NCBI GenBank assembly: GCA_963819685.1
Contig: CAWFXI010000011.1
Coordinates: 56,173 to 120,172, forward strand
Source: an uncultured Pseudomonadota bacterium
GTDB lineage: Bacteria > Pseudomonadota > Gammaproteobacteria > Steroidobacterales > Steroidobacteraceae
Reading direction: 5' to 3'
DNA length: 64,000 nucleotides
Numbering within the stretch: the first letter of the stretch is position 1; every line of letters begins with the position of its first letter. The notes beneath the pieces were generated by a model, which was given only the letters and a program-made list of their open reading frames with translations, searched no databases and had not been told where the DNA came from. Positions 11,414 to 18,942 of the stretch are shown here, piece by piece. A program made the position numbers and the translations under genes.

Positions 11414-11636
11414 CCCGTATCGTGGCGACGACGCGATTGTCCTGCATCAGTTCAAGCGTGCCGCTGACGAGGTAATACGTACGCTTGTCGGTATCCCCCT
11501 CCTTGAACAGCACCCGCCCGGAAGACAGATCACGCAGTGTCGCCTTGCGTGCCAGTGCGTGCAGGTTCTCCAGCTTGAGTCCATCGAGCGGCGAAAACGT
11601 CCGCAGCAGACTGGTCTCCAGGGGCTTGCTCTCCAT
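11301..11636 (-). CDS. Same cNMP/rhodanese gene, N-terminal part (first cNMP-binding domain)
   Basis: LFKEGDTDKRTYYLVSGTLELMQDNRVVATIRGG...NPL. The reading frame then degenerates, and the other frame carries the expected continuation ATARRVASERIEFITLD. Confidence 0.7.
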   Translation of the reverse strand: MESKPLETSLLRTFSPLDGLKLENLHALARKATLRDLSSGRVLFKEGDTDKRTYYLVSGTLELMQDNRVVATIRGGTPEARNPLTPTIPRRYSAQGRFGTHRIHHAGQRSP

Positions 11637-11732
11637 GATTATCCTTGTGGGCGAGACGGCTCGTGCCGTCCCGGCAGGGCAGCCAGCATGGTAGCACAGG
11701 CTTTTTCGCCGATCGCCGCAATGGGCCAGTAG

Positions 11733-12380
11733 TTATTGCAACGCATGCCAGCCCGCGTCTGGCGCAAGGTGTTTGCCATGCGCGTGAGCCAGCGCCTCAA
11801 GACGGCGCACCACCTCAGCTGGGCCGCGTGCTTTCGCGTACTGAATGGGTCCTCCACGAAACGGGGCAAAGCCGGTGCCGAACACCACACCCGCGTCCAG
11901 CAGGTCGGCATCAGCGACGATTCCTTCGCGCAGGACGGCGACGGATTCGTTGAGCATTGGCAGTATCAGGCGGTCCTCAAGATCTGCTGGAGGCTGCGAT
12001 TGACCGGTGGGCGGCTTGACGGGTTTGCCGTCCTGCCACGTGTAGAAGCCCTGGCCACTCTTCTTGCCGAGCTTCTTCTGTTCCACCAGCGATTGCACCA
12101 GCTTCGACTGCGGCTTGCCGAACGCTTCGGCCAGAATCTGGCCCACATGCATCGCTACATCGAGACCCACGACGTCGGTCAGCTCAATGGGTCCCATCGG
12201 CATACCGAAGTCGGTAGCAGCCTTGTCGATCAGCACCAGCGGTACACCTTCCTCCGCTATCAGCATCGCTTCGATCATGTAGGGAATCAGGATTCGATTA
12301 ACGACAAACCCCGGTGCGCTGCGGCAAGGCAAGGGCAGCTTGTCGATCTGACGGGTGAAGTTGATCGCCGCCTGCAGCAC
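11733..12380 (-). CDS. fadJ: FadJ/FadB-type enoyl-CoA hydratase/3-hydroxyacyl-CoA dehydrogenase, C-terminal part (frame-broken gene)
   Basis: LQAAINFTRQIDKLPLPCRSAPGFVVNRILIPYM...GMPMGPIELTDVVGLDV, i.e. the 3HCDH C-terminal domains. Confidence 0.8.
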   Translation of the reverse strand: MLQAAINFTRQIDKLPLPCRSAPGFVVNRILIPYMIEAMLIAEEGVPLVLIDKAATDFGMPMGPIELTDVVGLDVAMHVGQILAEAFGKPQSKLVQSLVEQKKLGKKSGQGFYTWQDGKPVKPPTGQSQPPADLEDRLILPMLNESVAVLREGIVADADLLDAGVVFGTGFAPFRGGPIQYAKARGPAEVVRRLEALAHAHGKHLAPDAGWHALQ

Positions 12381-13779
12381 TTCCGGGACGCGTCGCGTCG
12401 TCGCTGATGACTTCGACCAGCGGCATCCGCGCTACGGGGTTGAAGAAATGCAGCCCGACCAGTCGGCCCGGGTCAGCAAGCCCGGTCGCCAGCGTTTCGA
12501 GCTTGATGCTTGAAGTGTTGGACCCGAGGATGGCTCCAGCCTGCATCTTTGGCTCAAGGCGCGCATACAGTTCCCGCTTGGCATCTGCATTTTCAAATAT
12601 CGCCTCGATGACCACGTCGGCCGATGCTGCACCATTGCCTTCAACGTCCGGCTGCAGTCGCCCGACCGCGGCTTGCTGTTCACCCGGATCCGCATAGCGC
12701 TTCTCGAAAAAGGCCTTCGCCCGGTCAAGCGCAGGCGTGATGAATTTGAGCTCCCGGTCCTGCAAGGTCACGTTCAGGCCACGAACCGCGCACCAGCTGG
12801 CAATGTCGCCCCCCATGACACCAGCGCCCACCACATGAACGTGGGTTGCTTTCCTGGCCCCTTTGGTGCCGAGCGCTTTAAGCCGATCCTGCAGCAGGAA
12901 TACGCGAACCAGATTGCGTGACGTCGGCGTCTGGAACATTTCTGCTATGGACCGCGCTTCGGGTTCGTATCCGCTGCGGGGCCTGCCGCCATACCGACGC
13001 CACAGATCGATCAGCGCATAGGGCGCAGGGTAGTGCGCGCGCGGTGCGCGTCTGGCGACCTGCTTCTCCAGTTGTGCCGCGATGTAAGGGCGTACGAGTG
13101 ACAGGCTCATCAACCATGACTTGAATCCCGCGCGGTGCTGCGGTGGCGGATTCAACGCAAGCGCCTTGGCAGTCGCTGCAAGCTCGTCTGGCTTCGCCAG
13201 GCGATCGACCAGGCCCATCTGGGCTGCCTTGTCTGCCCGCACGGACTTACCCGTCAACATGAGATCCATGGCAATGACCGGCCCGAGCAGCTGCACGAGG
13301 CGCACCGTGCCGCCAAATCCGGGGTGAATTCCGAGCTGAACTTCTGGCAGGGCGAGTGAGACTTTTGGATCCTCCGCAGCAACGCGATAACGACAGGCGA
13401 GGGCCAGCTCCAGCCCACCTCCCAACGCGAACCCGTTGATTGCCGCAACGCTGGGGCAGGGGAGTGCCTCCAGACGATCCAGAACCCGCTGTCCCGAGCG
13501 AATGAGATCGAAAGCCTGCTGCACCGTTGCCAGCGACGTGAATTCCTTGATGTCTGCGCCTGCGATGAAACCGCCTGGCTTCCCTGACTGCACGATAAGG
13601 GCCTTCGGCCTGAGCTTCTCGAGCTCCCCGAGCCGTGCGTCGAGTTCCATCATCGCCTGTCTTGAAAGCGTATTGGCAGACGACTCCGGCTTGTCGAAGG
13701 TCAGCCAGGCAACCTTGTCGCTGTCGACTTTGAGGTGCCAGGATTGCCGGGCCACAGTTGCGGTCTGCTCCATTTTCAT
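12298..13779 (-). CDS. fadJ: FadJ/FadB-type multifunctional fatty-acid oxidation enzyme, N-terminal part
   Basis: Crotonase domain (GFIAGADIKEF, AAINGFALGGGLELALAC). NAD-binding 3HCDH domain follows (VHVVGAGVMGGDIA...HFFNPVARMPLVEVI). The last ~17 aa of the ORF are out of frame. Confidence 0.85.
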   Translation of the reverse strand: MKMEQTATVARQSWHLKVDSDKVAWLTFDKPESSANTLSRQAMMELDARLGELEKLRPKALIVQSGKPGGFIAGADIKEFTSLATVQQAFDLIRSGQRVLDRLEALPCPSVAAINGFALGGGLELALACRYRVAAEDPKVSLALPEVQLGIHPGFGGTVRLVQLLGPVIAMDLMLTGKSVRADKAAQMGLVDRLAKPDELAATAKALALNPPPQHRAGFKSWLMSLSLVRPYIAAQLEKQVARRAPRAHYPAPYALIDLWRRYGGRPRSGYEPEARSIAEMFQTPTSRNLVRVFLLQDRLKALGTKGARKATHVHVVGAGVMGGDIASWCAVRGLNVTLQDRELKFITPALDRAKAFFEKRYADPGEQQAAVGRLQPDVEGNGAASADVVIEAIFENADAKRELYARLEPKMQAGAILGSNTSSIKLETLATGLADPGRLVGLHFFNPVARMPLVEVISDDATRPGSAAGGDQLHPSDRQAALALPQRTGVCR

Positions 13780-13827
13780 CGGTTCCTCCTCAAACGCACA
13801 CGCATGCGCAGCTGTCGCATTCCAGTT

Positions 13828-14580
13828 TCAAGCCGCGTCCGGTGTGGTCGTCACGGTAAAATCGCAAACCAGCGGCAGGTGATCGGAAAAACGCACGCCG
13901 GGAATCTCAAAATGCGTGATCGCGATGCCGCGTGAATACAGGATGAAATCAAGTTCCTTGCGCGGCTTGCGGCTGGGGTAAGACGGCAGCCCCTGCCGAT
14001 TGGCGCTGGTGAGTCCGGATGCCTGCATGAACAGGTAGATCTCGTTGTCACCCCAGAAGGTATTGAAATCACCTGCGACGATGACGGGCTTCGTCGACTG
14101 CTTGATGAGCTCGTGCAGATTGCGTAACTGGTCGGCCCGGTGGCGGAACTTGAGCGACAGGTGGACGAGGAATACGCAAACTTCGTGCAGCTCGAGCTCG
14201 ATGATCAGTCGCTTGATTCCCGAATCGAAGTAATGGAACCGCTCACCCCTGACCCCGGGTGCCGCCAGAAATGCATTCCCCTGCTTGCGGACGATAGGCA
14301 CGAGATGGTTGATGGACGCCGTCCCGTACTTGCACTGGTAGGTGGAATAATGTCCGAGCGAGTCGGCAATCACCTGCGCCTGGTTGACGAGTCCGGAGCG
14401 GATGGAGCCCGTGTCCACCTCGATCAGACCGACAATATCCGGCGCCAATCCCTTGATGAATTGCGTAATGCCCTCAAGGACCTTGCGATTGGTCCTCAGG
14501 TACCCTGCGCCAGGAACGGGCAGATGGAAAGCCGGCCCGGTGCCGGTGGCGTACCGGATGTTGTAAAGGACAAAACGCAT
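13828..14580 (-). CDS. Endonuclease/exonuclease/phosphatase (EEP) family protein
   Basis: 250 aa. MRFVLYNIRY, DIVGLIEVD, VFLVHLSL, VIVAGDFN and FSDHLPLVCDF. These are the classic EEP catalytic blocks. Confidence 0.8.
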   Translation of the reverse strand: MRFVLYNIRYATGTGPAFHLPVPGAGYLRTNRKVLEGITQFIKGLAPDIVGLIEVDTGSIRSGLVNQAQVIADSLGHYSTYQCKYGTASINHLVPIVRKQGNAFLAAPGVRGERFHYFDSGIKRLIIELELHEVCVFLVHLSLKFRHRADQLRNLHELIKQSTKPVIVAGDFNTFWGDNEIYLFMQASGLTSANRQGLPSYPSRKPRKELDFILYSRGIAITHFEIPGVRFSDHLPLVCDFTVTTTPDAA

Positions 14581-14637
14581 GTCGCAAGGATTATGACGCT
14601 GCCGGAAGTGAATCGCAGCGCGTCATTCTAGCAGGGT

Positions 14638-14657
14638 GATGCAAAGGGTTTTGCATC
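14638..14657. promoter_or_regulatory. Perfect 8-4-8 inverted repeat GATGCAAA-gggt-TTTGCATC in a divergent intergenic region
   Basis: Read directly. Lies between the EEP gene start (14580) and the TIR-like gene. Could be an operator or a hairpin; function unknown. Confidence 0.3.
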
Positions 14658-14768
14658 GCCTTGATACAGTCACCGGCACAGGCGCGAAACCGTAGAATCT
14701 TGAGTAAACTCCGAGTCGCCGTGAAGACGATCGGCGGCACTTTCTTGAAGACCAGGGGAGACGGGTGG

Positions 14769-15227
14769 GTGGGCAGCATTTCGCAGACTAATCCAGTGCG
14801 CTTGTTCGTGAGCCACGCGTTCGAGGAAACCGACGACTACCTCAGGGTATTCGAGTACCTCGAGAGTTCGCACAATTTCTACTATCTGAACTGCAGCGCC
14901 CCCGACCACCGTCCTGCCGGTGAGCCCGCCATGAAGGAAGAACTTCGCCGGCAGATCGGGCTCGCCGAAACCGTCATCATCACGTCGAGCAGCTACCGCA
15001 CGCAGAGAGAGTGGATAGATTTCGAGCTGAACTGTGCGAAGGGGCTCAACAAGCCGGTGATCGTGCTGGAGGTGTTCGGTGTCAAGGAAAAGCTCCCTGT
15101 ACAGCTCGAAGCACTCGCAGATGAGATTGTCGGCTGGGATGAGCGTCTGTTATGCGATGCCATCCGGCGGACGGCGCGTCACGAGGAAACGACGCGTTGG
15201 GATACGATCGAATTCAAGCTCGATTGA
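14769..15227 (+). CDS. Stand-alone TIR-like domain protein (DUF1863/ThsB-like layout)
   Basis: RLFVSHAFEETDDYLRVFEYL...LRRQIGLAETVIITSSSYRTQREWIDFELNCAKGLNKPVIVLEV. GTG at 14769 follows AGGGGAG. Alternative starts are 14721 (GTG) and 14661 (TTG, ORF track). Family assignment rests on motif and layout only. Confidence 0.6.
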   Translation: MGSISQTNPVRLFVSHAFEETDDYLRVFEYLESSHNFYYLNCSAPDHRPAGEPAMKEELRRQIGLAETVIITSSSYRTQREWIDFELNCAKGLNKPVIVLEVFGVKEKLPVQLEALADEIVGWDERLLCDAIRRTARHEETTRWDTIEFKLD

Positions 15228-15246
15228 ACGAGCTCCCAAGGGCCTT

Positions 15247-15594
15247 TCAGTCTTCGCCGGAAGCAATCGCGCGCAGCATCGGCACCCGCTGCTGCTGCGA
15301 CTGCAGCCGAGTGATCGTGCCAAACAGAGTGACGATCTGAGCTGCGTACCGACCGGCTTCATGGTCCGACATCTTGCGCACGGTTGCCTGCACCGCGGTT
15401 TCTCCCCGCATCGGTCGCACGGCAGAGAGCGAGCGCTCAAGCGCCACGTAGTCGTCGCGCACTTCCTTCGGCAAATCGCTTTCAGCGACCTTGGCCAGTT
15501 GTCGTGCGTAGGCTTCCGTCAGTCTCTGCTTGATGGGACCAGCAGAGGCGAGGATCACGGTTGCCGAAAAGAATGTTTCCCACGTGCTGCTCAT
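15247..15594 (-). CDS. Hypothetical small soluble, predicted all-helical protein (115 aa)
   Basis: Internal ATG of ORF 15247-15666, preceded by GAGG. MSSTWETFF...KQRLTEAYARQLAKVAESDLPKEVRDDYVALERSL... Convergent with the TIR-like gene, stops 20 nt apart. No family recognised. Confidence 0.45.
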   Translation of the reverse strand: MSSTWETFFSATVILASAGPIKQRLTEAYARQLAKVAESDLPKEVRDDYVALERSLSAVRPMRGETAVQATVRKMSDHEAGRYAAQIVTLFGTITRLQSQQQRVPMLRAIASGED

Positions 15595-15968
15595 GACCAA
15601 CCTCGTAGCACAATCCGCTCCGCATCCAGCTTTCCTGAGCAAGCCGGCAGGAGTAGCGGCGAGCAAGTCTTAAGAAATTACTTTAAGTTCGCTGGAGACG
15701 TTTTTCTTCGCGCTCTCAAGCGTCTAGCTCCGGAATATACTCCAGCAGCTTCAGAACGCAACGGCCATTTCCTTAAGCCCGCTAGACAATCGTTCGAACC
15801 CATCTTGACGGGGCGCACGAGGTCTGAGTGTTTCGATTCGTGCCGCTGCAACAAACCGTATCGGAAGAACGTTTTTAACGGGTTGGAGTTCGGCGCCAGA
15901 TGCCAAGGATAGACTGGTGAAAAAAGCCGCATATACTCTATAATTATCAATGTATTATAGCTTATAGT

Positions 15969-16340
15969 TCATCTTAATAGTAGAGTTCTTACAAGCGCAA
16001 AAGCGCCAGCTCCCAATAAGGCCGTGCCAATCGCGGCCATCAACACTGTGAGCATCCAGTACCTGACCGGGGCTGAAGTGCGCGCAATCGAACCTCGATA
16101 AGTCAGGTGCCGACTGAACTTCAAGCCCTGAGTTGCCATGTAGGCCAGCAATCCACCGACTGCGAGCAAATACATCGAGCCGACCACAGCCGCACCCTGA
16201 AGGCTGACCGAGGGCAGAAAGCGGTTGACCAGCCAGGTCAGCAGCACGTAACACGCCCAGCCGAACAACAACAGCAGGCCGGCTGTGTTGATCGTCATCT
16301 GTCTGGTATTCAATGGTTCCTCCGGGGCACGCGATTCCAT
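15969..16340 (-). CDS. Hypothetical small membrane protein (about 3 TM helices)
   Basis: 123 aa. Hydrophobic stretches AGLLLLFGWACYVLLTWLV, AAVVGSMYLLAVGGLLAYMA and WMLTVLMAAIGTALLGAGAFALV. No family recognised. Confidence 0.45.
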   Translation of the reverse strand: MESRAPEEPLNTRQMTINTAGLLLLFGWACYVLLTWLVNRFLPSVSLQGAAVVGSMYLLAVGGLLAYMATQGLKFSRHLTYRGSIARTSAPVRYWMLTVLMAAIGTALLGAGAFALVRTLLLR

Positions 16341-16661
16341 CTGCAGCTTCCTCTGTAAAACTTATCCAGACCGAGCCGCGATCACGTCAACCGTGCTGGC
16401 AAAGATGTGACTGATGGCTCTTTGTATCCGCGTTGTCCGCTGTCAGCAATGCGACATTGAAACCGGGGGGAGGTTCGCTTGGAGAAAGGTCCGCTGGCAA
16501 TGGGCCCTGGCCCTGCAGCACAGAACCCCTCGTACTACGCATAAGGTATATTATGGTAAATACGATATATATCCGCACTGGACGGCCCACTTGCACTATG
16601 GCTCGGCGTCTTCCGTTAGAGCAGACTCCCCGATCGAATTCCTGCAACCCAGGGATCAACG

Positions 16662-18806
16662 ATGAGAATGAATGTGGCTGGCCGTGCGCATCTCAAATTT
16701 TCCATTCGAATGGTGCTTTTGGCGACAGCAGTCGCAGGACTCGCAGCCTGTTCCGCCAAAGCCCCTTCGATCCCCATCGATGCGGATGACATCGCAGGCG
16801 TCGTCACCAGTGCAAACGGCCCGGAGGCTGGAGTCTGGGTGATCGCGGAAACCAGTGATTTCCCCACGACCTTCATGCGCAGCGTCGTCACTGACGATGC
16901 AGGCCAGTACGTGATTCCGGATCTGCCCGCAGCGAAGTATCGCGTCTGGGTGCGGGGCTACGGACTCGTCGATTCCGGGAAACTGCCGGCTGAGCCTGGG
17001 CAACACATCAACGTGACCGCAATGGTGGCTGCCGACGCAGCGACGGCAGCAAAGGTTTACCCTGCAAGTTCCTGGTACGCGATGATGAAGATTCCCCCTG
17101 CAAGCGAGCTCGAGGGCATCGTCCCAGGCGGCGTAAACCAGTACCTGGGCTTGATGAAGAACATGGGCTGTATCGGCTGCCATCAGCTCGGCAATCTTGC
17201 GACGCGTACTATCCCGAAGGAGTTGGGAGAGTTTGCGTCGTCCGAAGAAGCCTGGCTGCGCCGGATCCAGTCCGGACAGGCAGGACCGCAGATGACGCGG
17301 ATCTTGGCTGCGCAGCTCGGAACCATCCCCATCAAGTATCTGGCCGACTGGACCGACCGCATCGCTGCAGGAGAATTGCCGGCAGCGGCCCCTGCCCGCC
17401 CGCAGGGAATCGAACGCAACTTTGTTACCACGGTGTGGGATTGGTCTGATGAAAAGGGCTACCTGCACGACCTGGTTTCCACGGACCGACGGAATCCCAC
17501 CATCAATGCGCATGGTCCGGTCTATGGATCGCCGGAGTTGAGTACCGACGAATTCCCGATCCTGGATCCCATGAAGAATGTGGCGACGGTGTTTAATGCA
17601 CCTGTTCGCGATGCAGGTACGCCGAGCGAGAGTCGCAATCCCGTGCAGCAACCCTCTCCCTATTGGGGTTCTGAAGCCATTTGGGACAGCAAGGCGAACT
17701 CGCACACGCCGATGATCGATCACACGGGACGCGTCTGGTATACGGCAAGGATCCGCGCGGATGCCAATCCGGATTTCTGCAAGCAGGGTTCGAAGCATCC
17801 GTCTGCGATGCTGTTTCCGATGCAAACTGCGGCCCGGCAGTTGGCCGTTTACAACCCACAGTCGGGCAAGTACACCTTCGTGGACACCTGCTTCAGTACA
17901 CATCATCTGCAGTTTGCGGAGGACGAAAACCATACACTGTGGACCAGTAGCGGTGGCCAGGTCATCAGCCAGGTCGTTGGCTGGTTCGACACGAAACTGT
18001 TCGACGAAACCGGAGACGTCCAGAAAGCTCAGGGTTGGACTGCGCTGGTTCTCGACACGAACGGCAATGGCAAACGGGACGCGTACGTCGAGCCGGATCA
18101 GCCTGTGAATCCGAAGCTCGACAGGCGGATCAACTCCGCGATCTACGCCGTGATGCCGAACCCGGCCGATGGTTCGATCTGGGGCTCGGTGGCCTTCGGC
18201 CATCCGGGTTCACTTCTGCGCGTCGACCCGGGCACAAATCCTCCGGCCACGGCGTTGACCGAAATCTACAACGTGCCGCTCCCCGGCTTCGGTGTTCGCG
18301 GCGCAGACATCGATCGAAATGGGGTCGTGTGGGTATCCCTCGGCAGTGGCCACCTGGGCGAGTTCGATCGGCGCAAGTGCAAGGGGCCCCTCAACGGTCC
18401 GACTGCCACCGGCGACCATTGCCCCGAAGGTTGGTCGTTCCATCCATTGCCAGGCCCGAGCTTCAGCAACGTCCCGGGATTCAGTGTCGAATCGAGCTAC
18501 TACACCTGGGTCGACCAGCACAACACTTCGGGCCTCGGTGAGAACGTGCCCATTGCGACCGGGAATCTGGCAGATGGTCTGCATGCACTCGTGAATGGCC
18601 AGTTCGTCACGATGCGGGTGCCCTATCCGCTCGGGTTCTATGCAAAGGGCCTCGACGGACGTATAGACGATCCGGCAGCTGGCTGGAAAGGACGCGGGCT
18701 GTGGACGGCGAGCGGTGATCGCACGCCGTTTCATCACGAAACCGGCCAGGGATCAAAGCCTCTGGTCGTACATTTCCAGGTAAGACCCGATCCCCTCGCC
18801 CATTAG
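16662..18806 (+). CDS. Lipoprotein with CarboxypepD_reg-like N-domain, one CxxCH haem-c motif and a propeller-like C-terminal part (paralog 1)
   Basis: 714 aa. Lipobox LAAC. GVVTSANGPEAGVWVIAETSDF...DDAGQYVIPDLPAAKYRVWVRGYG. CIGCHQLGN. Recurring GRVWYTA / TLWTSSGG / DGSIWGSVAF / NGVVWVSLGSG motifs. Confidence 0.8.
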   Translation: MRMNVAGRAHLKFSIRMVLLATAVAGLAACSAKAPSIPIDADDIAGVVTSANGPEAGVWVIAETSDFPTTFMRSVVTDDAGQYVIPDLPAAKYRVWVRGYGLVDSGKLPAEPGQHINVTAMVAADAATAAKVYPASSWYAMMKIPPASELEGIVPGGVNQYLGLMKNMGCIGCHQLGNLATRTIPKELGEFASSEEAWLRRIQSGQAGPQMTRILAAQLGTIPIKYLADWTDRIAAGELPAAAPARPQGIERNFVTTVWDWSDEKGYLHDLVSTDRRNPTINAHGPVYGSPELSTDEFPILDPMKNVATVFNAPVRDAGTPSESRNPVQQPSPYWGSEAIWDSKANSHTPMIDHTGRVWYTARIRADANPDFCKQGSKHPSAMLFPMQTAARQLAVYNPQSGKYTFVDTCFSTHHLQFAEDENHTLWTSSGGQVISQVVGWFDTKLFDETGDVQKAQGWTALVLDTNGNGKRDAYVEPDQPVNPKLDRRINSAIYAVMPNPADGSIWGSVAFGHPGSLLRVDPGTNPPATALTEIYNVPLPGFGVRGADIDRNGVVWVSLGSGHLGEFDRRKCKGPLNGPTATGDHCPEGWSFHPLPGPSFSNVPGFSVESSYYTWVDQHNTSGLGENVPIATGNLADGLHALVNGQFVTMRVPYPLGFYAKGLDGRIDDPAAGWKGRGLWTASGDRTPFHHETGQGSKPLVVHFQVRPDPLAH
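16773..17147 (+). repeat. Near-identical block A, copy 1 (1 mismatch in 375 nt vs 19054-19428)
   Basis: Compared base by base at an offset of 2281 nt. The only difference seen is accctgc vs accccgc. Confidence 0.9.
18282..18664 (+). repeat. Near-identical block C, copy 1 (2 mismatches in ~383 nt vs 20551-20933)
   Basis: Compared base by base at an offset of 2269 nt. Differences are gccaccggc/gccacaggc and ccaggccc/ccgggccc. Confidence 0.9.
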
Positions 18807-18942
18807 TTTTGCACGACAACGGGTGGACAGTTACCAGCTCGGGTTGCAGATTGCACAGTCGATCCCGCATTCAAGCTGTGGATCACTTCGGTCGGTTGGA
18901 GCAGACTCTTCGCTCGGGAATGGGATTACAGGGGAATCGACA

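Noticed and set aside
15785-15815. GTTCGAACCC, resembling a tRNA T-psi-C loop, considered as a tRNA fragment or att site marking an island boundary.
   Set aside because: The flanking bases do not form a T-stem or an acceptor stem. No integrase or direct repeat partner was found.
15079-15912. 277-aa + strand ORF spanning the end of the TIR-like gene and the small helical gene.
   Set aside because: It overlaps two better-supported genes. The translation is Arg/Ser-rich with no start context or recognisable domain.
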